From NCBI GenBank assembly GCA_009782385.1, contig WRJE01000002.1:2663-66662 (forward strand): 64,000 bases of DNA, read 5' to 3'. The notes beneath the pieces were generated by a model. The model did no database searches. It was given only the letters and a program-made list of their open reading frames with translations, and was not told where the DNA came from. Below, piece by piece: positions 44,373-52,309 of the stretch. Source of the stretch: Oscillospiraceae bacterium (GTDB lineage: Bacteria; Bacillota; Clostridia; Oscillospirales; UBA929). Position numbers and translations under genes: made by a program. The stretch's first letter is position 1, and each line of letters begins with the position of its first letter.

Positions 44373-45314
44373 TTACATATGTATTTTTCTATCTTTCAAA
44401 TATGCAGACAACTCTTCCGGGTTATTGAATGTTTCATCGAAGTGTTTATCAATATCCAATTTGCCTCTTTGCAGATTCCCAACTATCGAATCGGAAAAAT
44501 TTCTAAAATCTTCATTTTCTTCGGACAATCTGTCTATTGTGTTCCAATCTAAATTATCATTGATTTTTGCCGAAAGGATTATTTCGCTTTGGAAATAATC
44601 TTCAATATTCAGTTTTATAAATCCTATCCCAAACGCATTGTTAAGCCGTCTGATTTCATCTTTGAACTCCGGGTCTTGATCATATTTAAGCGCAACCAAA
44701 TATCCCTCATTTGCCCAACTCGAATTTGATACAGACTGGAAATAGTACTCGCGCAAAGTTGAGAAATTAAGCTCAATTTTCATTTCAAACGAAAATATCT
44801 TACAAGTATTGATTGACATAGAATTCATCAACTGTCTTGTTTCGTCTCCATAATCAGAAAAAGGGAATCTTACACCAACAATATCAGGGTGCAGCCAACT
44901 GTTTTGACCCTTCATTTTCCTCTTGGATTTTTCATGAAATATGGTTGTTGTGTGGCAATTAAAATGCGGGTCAGAAAACACATATGACGAGAGTATTTTA
45001 TGTAAATCCCGTTCTTTGAATAATTCCTTGCGCTCTTTTTTTAACTGCGGCTCGCTTACAGTCAAATTAGGACGTTCTCTTAACGTGAACAAAGCAGGTC
45101 TATTTGAAACCTTTATAAAAACGCTGTTTTCTCCGCTGTTTTTGACATCAACATACATTCTCGCACCCAATGTAGCCTCCGGTGTCTGCCCGGTGCTTGA
45201 CAGTTTGCTGACAAGATTCATGTCAACGGCTCTTTTCCATATTTCACTTACTGATAATGGCTGTGTAGCAACACTTAATACCTCTTTAGCTAATTCCAAA
45301 AATGTATATCTCAT
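44373..45314 (-). CDS. HARE-HTH (winged-helix) plus PD-(D/E)xK nuclease-fold protein (HrgA/COG2958-like), possible solitary restriction-type enzyme
   Basis: The N-terminal FLELAKEVLSVATQPLSVSEIWKRAV...GQTPEATLGARMY is HARE-HTH-like. A nuclease motif follows as HPDIVGV ... FSFEMK. An AGGAGG ribosome-binding site is present, and the gene is AT-rich. Confidence 0.6.
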   Translation of the reverse strand: MRYTFLELAKEVLSVATQPLSVSEIWKRAVDMNLVSKLSSTGQTPEATLGARMYVDVKNSGENSVFIKVSNRPALFTLRERPNLTVSEPQLKKERKELFKERDLHKILSSYVFSDPHFNCHTTTIFHEKSKRKMKGQNSWLHPDIVGVRFPFSDYGDETRQLMNSMSINTCKIFSFEMKIELNFSTLREYYFQSVSNSSWANEGYLVALKYDQDPEFKDEIRRLNNAFGIGFIKLNIEDYFQSEIILSAKINDNLDWNTIDRLSEENEDFRNFSDSIVGNLQRGKLDIDKHFDETFNNPEELSAYLKDRKIHM

Positions 45315-45492
45315 AATGGTTACCTCCTATGAAGTTCAGCTTGTCTCATTAGGTATATTGTACCATATATGTTAATAACTTGCAAACACAATAAGTTGCA
45401 AGGGAGTGGACATCTACGCGCACGAGTTCCAGACATCACAGGCGCGGGCGTGTGAAGCGGTGAGTAATGCCCTGCCACTGAACCTTGCCACG

Positions 45493-45531
45493 CAAGGGAC
45501 ATAAAGGGCAACAAGGGACAAACAAGGGACA
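45493..45531. repeat. Three direct copies of CAAGGGACA (spacings of 19 and 11 nt)
   Basis: Read directly, with copies at 45493, 45512 and 45523. Confidence 0.7.
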
Positions 45532-45602
45532 AAGGCAGGTTTTCAAGGCAAAATAAAAATCGCGTAACCCTTGCAGTACAAACGTTACACGATTTAGGAA
45601 GT

Positions 45603-45634
45603 TGGTCCGAGTGACAGGAGTTGAACCTGCGGCC
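45603..45634 (-). other. Orphan tRNA 3' fragment (T-arm, acceptor 3' strand and CCA); possible att-site remnant
   Basis: The minus strand reads GCAGG-TTCAACT-CCTGT-CACTCGG-A-CCA. No matching 5' acceptor strand (CCGAGTG), D-arm or anticodon arm lies upstream. Confidence 0.6.
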
Positions 45635-45700
45635 TCTTGAACCCCATCTAGTTGTTCATTAGCCTCAACACATTGGTATCACTGGGCTTGTTAGTTCCTA

Positions 45701-45722
45701 TGGTTGCAAATTGGTTGCAAAT
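45701..45722. repeat. Tandem 11-mer TGGTTGCAAAT x2
   Basis: Read directly. Related TTGCAA-containing words occur at 45386-45413. Confidence 0.7.
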
Positions 45723-45804
45723 CACTTAAAACCACCCGGTACGATTCGGGACTAAATAATACATGGAATCACTCACACGGTTTATAGCTGATCTTATACA
45801 TAAA

Positions 45805-46212
45805 CTATTTCCCTGATACAGAATAAATCTGTATTGGTGTTTCGTCTTGTACAAGTTTTGGAGGATTTGCTGTCCTTTTCAATCGCAGCTCACCTTTGTC
45901 GTAGTCTATTTCACGATTAAAATACTTCAAAATATCGCTCCCAAACAGACTGCGCATCCCTGAACCAAGGGCGAAGAATATCCGGCAGCCTTGCAACTCA
46001 CGATCTCCGAATTTTATCGAAACATTCTCTATGTACTGTAATACTACCTCGCCGGATGTTGCTGTATACGCCTTACCGTGGATTTTGCACGACTGTAAAC
46101 ATTCATCTGAATAACCGAGGTTATCCAAATCATCACAGCTCAACGTAGTAAAATCAGAACCGGAATCGAGTTTGAATCTGACAGTATCAAAGGATTTCTT
46201 ATCACCTGTCAT
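45805..46212 (-). CDS. Retropepsin-like (clan AA) aspartic protease, 135 aa
   Basis: It has the catalytic-type motif LDSGSDFTTL, and its size fits a single retropepsin lobe. Confidence 0.55.
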   Translation of the reverse strand: MTGDKKSFDTVRFKLDSGSDFTTLSCDDLDNLGYSDECLQSCKIHGKAYTATSGEVVLQYIENVSIKFGDRELQGCRIFFALGSGMRSLFGSDILKYFNREIDYDKGELRLKRTANPPKLVQDETPIQIYSVSGK

Positions 46213-46291
46213 AACCTCGGCTAAAAACTCAACTCGCCCTAAAGAAGACGGAGTAAAAGGTATCTATTTTGATATGTCTCTGTCTGTTTAT

Positions 46292-46320
46292 ATTATACCC
46301 TATTAGGAATGAAAACGCAA
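46292..46320 (-). promoter_or_regulatory. Sigma-A-type promoter TTGCGT-N17-TATAAT for the retropepsin-like gene
   Basis: The reverse complement reads TTGCGTtttcattcctaatagggTATAAT. Confidence 0.45.
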
Positions 46321-46351
46321 CTGTTTTGACGACCAACGAATTCAAAAGTCA

Positions 46352-47053
46352 TCATCGGTAACCCTCCGGCAGCGTGGTAGCCGGGTCAAACTTCTGCCCG
46401 TCGCGAAATCCCTGTTGTGCGAACTCAAACCGCCAACCATCGTAGTTGACCTTCCCGTATGAACCTCCGTCTTTTATACCAACAGCAGCGTCAATGACAG
46501 CCTGCGGAGTTGCTAAAACCAATCCATATTCGTGATGATCGGCATCCTGTTTTTTTTAAGCCTGTTTTACTCCCTCACAGAAACCGTAACCATAGGCATT
46601 CTCTATCTGCCTGATTGTTGATGGGGCGCAATCATTACGGTGTTGTCTCCTTATCCGCCTGCACTCAGAAACCACACAGTCAAAAGCATATTCTATTATT
46701 CGTTCGCAAATATCAATATCATCTTCCAGACCGATGAGACCAATAGTCACTTTCTTTGCCCGTTTCATACGGTTATAGTAAGACTTACAGCAGTAATTCT
46801 CAGCTATAATGACCGACAAGCGGGTAACCCAAGCATTGATTATCTTAGTGCAGGTTATCCGAGTCAAACGGTCTATGACTTTCGCGGTATCAGACCGTTC
46901 AACATCGGTTTGCCTCAGTTTATGTTTTGCCATCAGTTCCCTTGCTTTCAGCAGTGCGGCACGGGCTTCGTTCTCATTTGGACTGCTTGCCAACGCCAGC
47001 AGTTTTGTTATTGTATCCTTTATACTATTTGGAGTTGCAATACTCTCAATCAT
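46352..47053 (-). pseudogene. DUF2786-family gene interrupted by an in-frame TAA (46556-46558); the frame stays open for 67 more codons
   Basis: The N-terminus KLLALASSPNENEARAALLKARELMAKH is DUF2786-like. After the TAA the same frame reads KKQDADHHEYGLVLATPQAVIDAAVGIKDGGSYGKVNYDGWRFEFAQQGFRDGQKFDPATTLPEGYR and then reaches a stop. Confidence 0.55.
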
Positions 47054-47690
47054 TTTGTATCTGTTCCTTTTCTCCGGTTTCCGCCTGCTTCACAGCTTCC
47101 TCGCACGGTACTCCGGTACATTCATACTCCAAGTGTTCAAGTACCTCAATCGGCATCTCACCGCTCAACCACGCTTCTAGTTGGTCTGTCCGTAGCATAA
47201 CAGGCATCCTGTCATGTATATCTCTTATCTGCCCGGTAGGTTCTTTCGTAATAACAACAAACTCCCTGCCATCCTTACCGTCACGGTATAATCCAGCCAT
47301 AAAAAGCAAGTTACCATGCTTATCTTTGATTAAGTGCTTAATCTTCTTACCTTCATCTTTCCGCTCATAATAACCGGATGCCGGAACAACACAACGCCCT
47401 CTCCCTGCAAGATGCTTGAACATTGTCTTCTCTCTTATCGTCTCAGAGCGGGCATTGATAATCACACCTTTACCATCCCACTTCTCAAAACCGAACTGCC
47501 CAAGCTCAAACGCCAACTCGTCACCGTTACTGGTAACAATAGGCGCGTGATTGGTCGGGAACACCTCTTGTTGTTGTGTAACCTCGTAATTATCGAGTTC
47601 ATCTCTCGCTAATCTGAGAGATACGTTTCGTATTATCTCTCTAACCGCGATTATCTCTTCCTCTGTTAACACCGAATATCTTCCGCACAT
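47046..47690 (-). CDS. SOS-response-associated peptidase (SRAP/YedK family, abasic-site processing)
   Basis: It starts MCGRY (Cys2 nucleophile) with GGAGGTG 6 nt upstream. The family signature continues (NARSETI, PASGYYE). Confidence 0.8.
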   Translation of the reverse strand: MCGRYSVLTEEEIIAVREIIRNVSLRLARDELDNYEVTQQQEVFPTNHAPIVTSNGDELAFELGQFGFEKWDGKGVIINARSETIREKTMFKHLAGRGRCVVPASGYYERKDEGKKIKHLIKDKHGNLLFMAGLYRDGKDGREFVVITKEPTGQIRDIHDRMPVMLRTDQLEAWLSGEMPIEVLEHLEYECTGVPCEEAVKQAETGEKEQIQND

Positions 47691-47959
47691 TGCTGCCACC
47701 TCCCCAACGCACCCGCGCTTTCCACTTCCAGTTTACCGAATCTCTCGGTCAACGCTTTTAATCTGCTGCTTATATCTACCATAATAACATACTCATCGGT
47801 ATTAAATAAAGAGGTTTGTGTACTGTCGATGAGATTAGCAGCTCGAACTCCAACAGAACGCAATGTGTCCCGAATCGTCTCACAGCCCATCTCACACACT
47901 CTGCGATATATTTCTCGCTCAATGCTATTGAATTCTACCGCCTTTTCTGTTACGCTCAT
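47666..47959 (-). CDS. Hypothetical protein; the N-terminus resembles the start of UPF0236/ISLre2-type transposases (possible truncated remnant)
   Basis: The segment FNSIEREIYRRVCEMGCETIRDTLRSV recalls the conserved N-terminus of that family. The rest is unrelated and short. Confidence 0.3.
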   Translation of the reverse strand: MSVTEKAVEFNSIEREIYRRVCEMGCETIRDTLRSVGVRAANLIDSTQTSLFNTDEYVIMVDISSRLKALTERFGKLEVESAGALGRWQQCAEDIRC

Positions 47960-48080
47960 CTTGCATACGCCTTTCATAATGGTTTCTTGACAATCCCATT
48001 TTACTGATTTCCTGTATGCAAGGGAAATAGTTCTTACTGCTTCCCTCTTCTTTTTCCCCTCTTATTTTATACTAAGTTTA

Positions 48081-48118
48081 GGAGACGGCGGACTTTATCG
48101 TCCAGCGTCTCCTTTGTT
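48081..48118 (+). terminator. Orphan terminator-like hairpin GGAGACGgcggactttatcgtccagCGTCTCC plus TTTGTT
   Basis: Read directly. No plus-strand gene lies upstream. Confidence 0.35.
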
Positions 48119-48313
48119 ACCCTTTGTCAAGGGGGTAAATCACGCGCAGTCTGAGTATTAGAAAATTCTCTTGGGCGGTTCTTTATGCGGCAATGCGTTT
48201 TTGATATACATCATTTCACATATACATCAATTTTATCAAATATTACAATTCGATGGATATTTCGGGCATTCCTCCCATAACGACGATAAATCCCATAATT
48301 TTCAACGGGCATA

Positions 48314-48342
48314 TTGACACTTTCTTTATCATAGTGTACAAT
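48314..48342 (+). promoter_or_regulatory. Sigma-A-type promoter TTGACA-N17-TACAAT for the zinc-ribbon/lipoprotein cluster
   Basis: TTGACActttctttatcatagtgTACAAT lies 82 nt upstream of the first start codon. Confidence 0.6.
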
Positions 48343-48423
48343 GCAAAGTGTTAAGGAAAGACGTTTCAACAGCCTTGAGCATTGGCTAAAACAGCGATTA
48401 AAATTAAAGGCAGGAGGTATACT

Positions 48424-48903
48424 ATGGCATTTTGCAACGACTGTGGGGCGAATATCCCCGAAGGTAAAAAGTTTTGTACAGGGTGCGGTAAGCCTGTTAC
48501 CGGAGCAAAACCACCAGCGCAGGAATCGGCGCAGGCAGCAGCGGTACATACGCCTTCTCCCGTGGCGGCGGCGGTCGCCGCGCCGCCGATTGTCACACCA
48601 GTACAACCCGCGCCCATCACGCCCGTTCACGCGGACGAACAACCGCCGCTTCAAGGAAGTCCCTATGCCGTCATAAGCACAGGCGGTTTTTTCGGTTCGA
48701 TTATCCTTATGAATATTCCGATTATCGGCTGGCTAATCTGCATAATTTGGGCTTGCGGCGGCTGTAAAAACCGCAACAGGCGAAATTTTGCGCGCGCCAA
48801 TTTGATTTTTCTGGCAATTTGGGCGGTTCTCGCTTTGACCGGTTATTTGATGATGAATTGGATAGTACGCTTGATTGTGGATTATTTCCAACAGTTCATG
48901 TAA
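48424..48903 (+). CDS. Zinc-ribbon membrane protein (N-terminal zinc ribbon, Pro/Ala-rich linker, C-terminal TM domain)
   Basis: The start is MAFCNDCGANIPEGKKFCTGCGKPV after AGGAGG. The C-terminus has hydrophobic spans (FFGSIILMNIPIIGWLICIIWA, LIFLAIWAVLALTGYLM). Confidence 0.75.
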   Translation: MAFCNDCGANIPEGKKFCTGCGKPVTGAKPPAQESAQAAAVHTPSPVAAAVAAPPIVTPVQPAPITPVHADEQPPLQGSPYAVISTGGFFGSIILMNIPIIGWLICIIWACGGCKNRNRRNFARANLIFLAIWAVLALTGYLMMNWIVRLIVDYFQQFM

Positions 48904-48936
48904 CATCGGTTGCTATTTTGAAACGGAGGAAAGAAT

Positions 48937-49530
48937 ATGGCAATTCTTGACAAGGTGAGCGAATTTGCTAAAAACTTAGGTGACAAAACCGGAAGTGCGA
49001 TTGAAACATCAAATCTGAACTCAAAAATAAGCACCGAGCAAAACGCGATAAACGCAGTGATGACAAAAATCGGCGAGTTCTACTACAACAAGTATGCCGA
49101 AGAGAAAACCGCCGATGACGGCATAGCCGAATTTTGCAAGACAATAGACGGACACAACGCGGCAATAGCCGAAGCGAAAGCGGAAATTGAGCGCATCAAG
49201 GCTGCGGAAGCGGCGGCGGTTGCCGCTCCTGTCGCGGCAGGCGGCTTGGTTTGTACCGTTTGCGGCGCGGCAAACGCGGACGGCAGGAAATTCTGCTCCG
49301 AATGCGGCGGCAAATTAGAGGAGAAAAAGCCAACTGTTACGGCGGTTGGATTGGTCTGCTCCGCTTGCGGCGCGGCAAACGCGGCAGACAAAAAGTTTTG
49401 CGGCGATTGCGGGGGCAAATTGGAAGCCATTACGGAAACTAAAAAGCGCGTCTGCGCTTGCGGCGCGGAGGTCGCGCCCGGCGAGAAATTCTGCGGCGAT
49501 TGCGGCGCAAAATACGAGGAAGGAGAATAA
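48937..49530 (+). CDS. Soluble protein with an N-terminal helical domain and three tandem zinc ribbons
   Basis: The three modules are CTVCGAANADGRKFCSECGGKL, CSACGAANAADKKFCGDCGGKL and CACGAEVAPGEKFCGDCGAKY. Confidence 0.75.
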   Translation: MAILDKVSEFAKNLGDKTGSAIETSNLNSKISTEQNAINAVMTKIGEFYYNKYAEEKTADDGIAEFCKTIDGHNAAIAEAKAEIERIKAAEAAAVAAPVAAGGLVCTVCGAANADGRKFCSECGGKLEEKKPTVTAVGLVCSACGAANAADKKFCGDCGGKLEAITETKKRVCACGAEVAPGEKFCGDCGAKYEEGE

Positions 49531-49535
49531 TTATA

Positions 49536-50600
49536 ATGAAACCGAGGGAAGTCTATTCCAAAACAATGCCCTTTGTGTGGGCAAAACTGCTGTTGGGGCT
49601 TGCGACTATTGTCATATCCATAGTTCTTTTCGCAATTTTAATGGGTATTGCGTTTCTGTTCAAAAGCGGAGGAGCGGCCTTTTTCATGTTTATTATTTGG
49701 CTGGCCGCAACGGGAGCTGTGAATTTTATTATCAATCACTGGTTCGGCTATTTGGTAAAGGCCGGGCATATCGCGGTTATTACCGAAGCGGTCACCACCG
49801 GGCGTGTACCCGACAATCAGGTGGAATATGGCAAGCAAATGGTTAAAGACCGTTTTGCCACGTCCAATGTGTATTTTATGGTGGATAAACTGGTTTCCGC
49901 CGCGGTAAAACAGCTTCAAAACGGGTTTGAGAAAGTGGGAGGAGCGTTGGGCAACATCGTCCCCGGTATGAACGCGGTAGTGAGTATCGGTAAATTATTT
50001 ATCGGTATCGCTCTGGGGTACATAGACGAGTGTTGTTTGGGTTATACCTTCTTGAAAAAAGAGCAGGGTGCTTTTAAGAGCGCGGCGGACGGCGTTGTTA
50101 TATACGCTCAGAATTGGAAAAAACTATTGAAAGACGCTGCTAAAACCACAGCGACCGTTGTTGGTCTTATGATAGCGGCTACGCTGGTTTCACTGCTGTT
50201 TTTCGGACTTATCTTCCGTGTACTCGGTTTGAGCGGCATATGGGGCTTTGTGGCGTTCGCGTTCGCGTGTTTCATCGCGTGGCTGATAAAATCCGTTTTT
50301 ATAGACAGCTATATGATGGTCAAGATGATGGTTTCCTATATGCAGGAAGCACCGACAACCGTTATCACGTTTGACTTGTACGGCAAGCTGTGCGGTCTGT
50401 CAAGGAAATTCAAGGAACTGTTCAACAAGGGACAGCAGGAAGATCCGACACCGCAGCCCGCTTACGCGGCGGCAGGGGCGGCCGGAACGGTACAGTCATC
50501 TGCGTCCGCCGGAGACAAACCTGTATTCTGCGGTGAGTGTGGCGCGAAAAACAAGAGCGGAACAAGGTTCTGCGGCGAGTGCGGTAAGCCTATTACGTAA
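49536..50600 (+). CDS. Polytopic membrane protein with a C-terminal zinc ribbon
   Basis: The start is MKPREVYSK after GGAAGGAG. Several long hydrophobic spans are present. The C-terminus is FCGECGAKNKSGTRFCGECGKPI. Confidence 0.75.
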   Translation: MKPREVYSKTMPFVWAKLLLGLATIVISIVLFAILMGIAFLFKSGGAAFFMFIIWLAATGAVNFIINHWFGYLVKAGHIAVITEAVTTGRVPDNQVEYGKQMVKDRFATSNVYFMVDKLVSAAVKQLQNGFEKVGGALGNIVPGMNAVVSIGKLFIGIALGYIDECCLGYTFLKKEQGAFKSAADGVVIYAQNWKKLLKDAAKTTATVVGLMIAATLVSLLFFGLIFRVLGLSGIWGFVAFAFACFIAWLIKSVFIDSYMMVKMMVSYMQEAPTTVITFDLYGKLCGLSRKFKELFNKGQQEDPTPQPAYAAAGAAGTVQSSASAGDKPVFCGECGAKNKSGTRFCGECGKPIT

Positions 50601-50615
50601 ACAAGACCGCGAAAT

Positions 50616-50640
50616 TCGGGGCGGGGCAAATCTGCCCCGA
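50616..50640 (+). other. Intercistronic GC hairpin (GGGGCAaatcTGCCCC, alternative outer stem TCGGGG/CCCCGA) with no U-tract
   Basis: Read directly. It is homologous to the hairpin at 51334-51353. Confidence 0.6.
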
Positions 50641-50664
50641 TATAAAAGAAGGAGAGAAACTAAC

Positions 50665-51321
50665 ATGAAAACAACTGTTATTCAACCCCACAAGTCATCT
50701 TTTGGTGTAGATGCCAATATAATTTCGATGGTTATTTTTATCGCTATGGGAATCATCTTTTGGCTTCCGTTTGGTTACGGCGGATATTTAGGATGGGGGG
50801 CATGGGTGGCATGGATTGTGCCGCTTGTGTTTTTCTTTTTAGAAAAAGAGAGCAAATTTATTAAGTTTCAAGCCGGAACGGCTCTTGTCATCGGGGTTAT
50901 CGGCGCGATACTATACGGCGTGGTGCGAATCATAGCCTCGATACTGACACCCAGCTATAAGAATGTTACGATTTTCAATTATGAATCCGTCTGGCGCAGA
51001 GCGGAGGCCGCGTTGGGTTTTCTGAGAGCTACAACATTTATCGGTATTGCCGTTGTGTTGCTTGCCGCGTATCTCGCCTTCATGGCTTTTAGTTATAAAC
51101 AAGTCGAACTGCCCCTTATCGGGGCAATAGCGAGAAAAGCGAGCGGAAAACTTGAAAAAGTCAATATCAATATCAATCAGCAGACAGATAGCACTCAGGT
51201 AAATCAGACTGTTGCCGAAGAGACTGTCATTGAGAACAAACCTGTATTCTGCGGCGAGTGCGGCGCGAAAAACGAGAGCGGGAAGAAATTTTGCGGCAGC
51301 TGCGGCAAGCCTTTAGCATAA
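50665..51321 (+). CDS. Membrane protein (DUF4870-like N-terminal TM bundle) with a C-terminal zinc ribbon
   Basis: The start is MKTTVIQPH after AGGAGAG. It has four hydrophobic spans. The C-terminus is FCGECGAKNESGKKFCGSCGKPL. Confidence 0.7.
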   Translation: MKTTVIQPHKSSFGVDANIISMVIFIAMGIIFWLPFGYGGYLGWGAWVAWIVPLVFFFLEKESKFIKFQAGTALVIGVIGAILYGVVRIIASILTPSYKNVTIFNYESVWRRAEAALGFLRATTFIGIAVVLLAAYLAFMAFSYKQVELPLIGAIARKASGKLEKVNININQQTDSTQVNQTVAEETVIENKPVFCGECGAKNESGKKFCGSCGKPLA

Positions 51322-51333
51322 GCCGCTAACTTT

Positions 51334-51353
51334 GGGGCAGGGCAACCTGCCCC
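51334..51353 (+). other. Intercistronic hairpin GGGGCAGG-GCAA-CCTGCCCC (perfect 8-bp stem, GNRA loop), followed by an A-run rather than a U-run
   Basis: Read directly. Confidence 0.65.
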
Positions 51354-51378
51354 AAAAAATTAAAAAGGGGAGACAGAA

Positions 51379-52296
51379 ATGATAAGAAGATTCGCTGCAA
51401 TTTTTATTGCGGCTGTATTATTACTGAGCATAGCGGCGTGTACCCGTATAGAGGACGCGATTAAGGACGCGGTTTCCGATGGCGGCTCACAAACGGACAG
51501 CCTGCCAACGAGCAATCCGGCAACCGACAATTCGCCAACCAATCCGCCGGAAAGCAATTCCACGGCAGACAATGCGCTTGAACCCGATGGCAATAGTTCT
51601 GACGACCCGAGTGACGCTTTTGCCGCGCAGTCGGATGTAACATCAAATGATGACAACGGTAATGATGACGGTAATAACGATGGTAATGATGACGGTACAT
51701 CCGGTAATGCGGACGACATCGCTGTTTCCGGGACGACAGCCGCCCCTATCCGGTGGCTGATTGACGGTACTTACAGCTTTGACTATGTGATGATGATGTT
51801 TTTTGAAGGCTTTGACGATGGTATGGAAATGTCCGGCAGTATAGCGGTAGACGGCGATAAAATGGCAAGCACGAGCAGAATGAGCATAGAAGGTATAGCC
51901 GTCGAAGCGCGAGCCGTCCACAAAGACGGAAAAATATATGTGGTTGACAACGCCAACAAGTTTATCATGGAAGTGCCGCCCGAACTCGAGGATGATTACG
52001 CGGAGAGTATGCAAACGGATTACAGCGGAATTGTGAAAACCGGGGAAGGCACGGGCGAAATCAACGGAAGGACTTTACCCTATGAGGAGTATGCGGAAAA
52101 CGGAGGCTTACCCTCCCGCTTTTATCTGGACGGCGGCAGTCTCTACGCGATTGAAACCGCATCCGATGGAATTAAAATCATCATTCTTATCTCAAATATG
52201 TCCGGCAGCGTTCCGCCCGGGACGTTCGATTTGCCGTCCGGTTATATGACTATAGATTTGGGTGAGATAAACAGCATGATGGACTTTATGAATTGA
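51379..52296 (+). CDS. Lipoprotein, leader family member 1 (Asn/Asp-rich linker plus domain A)
   Basis: The signal peptide and lipobox read MIRRFAAIFIAAVLLLSIAAC. Domain A (IRWLIDGTYSFDY...DYSGIVKTGEGTGEINGRTLPYEEY...RFYLDGG) is paralogous to the N-terminal half of 52636-53967. Confidence 0.75.
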   Translation: MIRRFAAIFIAAVLLLSIAACTRIEDAIKDAVSDGGSQTDSLPTSNPATDNSPTNPPESNSTADNALEPDGNSSDDPSDAFAAQSDVTSNDDNGNDDGNNDGNDDGTSGNADDIAVSGTTAAPIRWLIDGTYSFDYVMMMFFEGFDDGMEMSGSIAVDGDKMASTSRMSIEGIAVEARAVHKDGKIYVVDNANKFIMEVPPELEDDYAESMQTDYSGIVKTGEGTGEINGRTLPYEEYAENGGLPSRFYLDGGSLYAIETASDGIKIIILISNMSGSVPPGTFDLPSGYMTIDLGEINSMMDFMN

Positions 52297-52309
52297 AAGG
52301 GGTTATAGT

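Noticed and set aside
46556-46558. Programmed recoding (selenocysteine or pyrrolysine) at the in-frame stop of the DUF2786 gene
   Set aside because: The codon is TAA, not TGA or TAG, and no SECIS-like hairpin follows. A nonsense mutation or an error at the A-run is more parsimonious.
44373-48200. Intact prophage or integrative element
   Set aside because: There are no integrase, recombinase, replication, capsid or conjugation genes. Only accessory genes, a gene with an in-frame stop, a possible transposase stub and a tRNA fragment remain. It was therefore called a decayed remnant rather than an active mobile element.
48211-48676. Three overlapping ORFs (48211-48654 minus, 48341-48676 plus, 48366-48620 minus) and the upstream extension MAKTAIKIKGRRYT of the first zinc-ribbon gene
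   Set aside because: All three overlap the zinc-ribbon gene that starts at 48424 after an AGGAGG site. The extension and the other plus-strand ORF have no ribosome-binding site and begin only 0-40 nt beyond the predicted -10 box. The two minus-strand ORFs are Arg/Cys-rich shadows.
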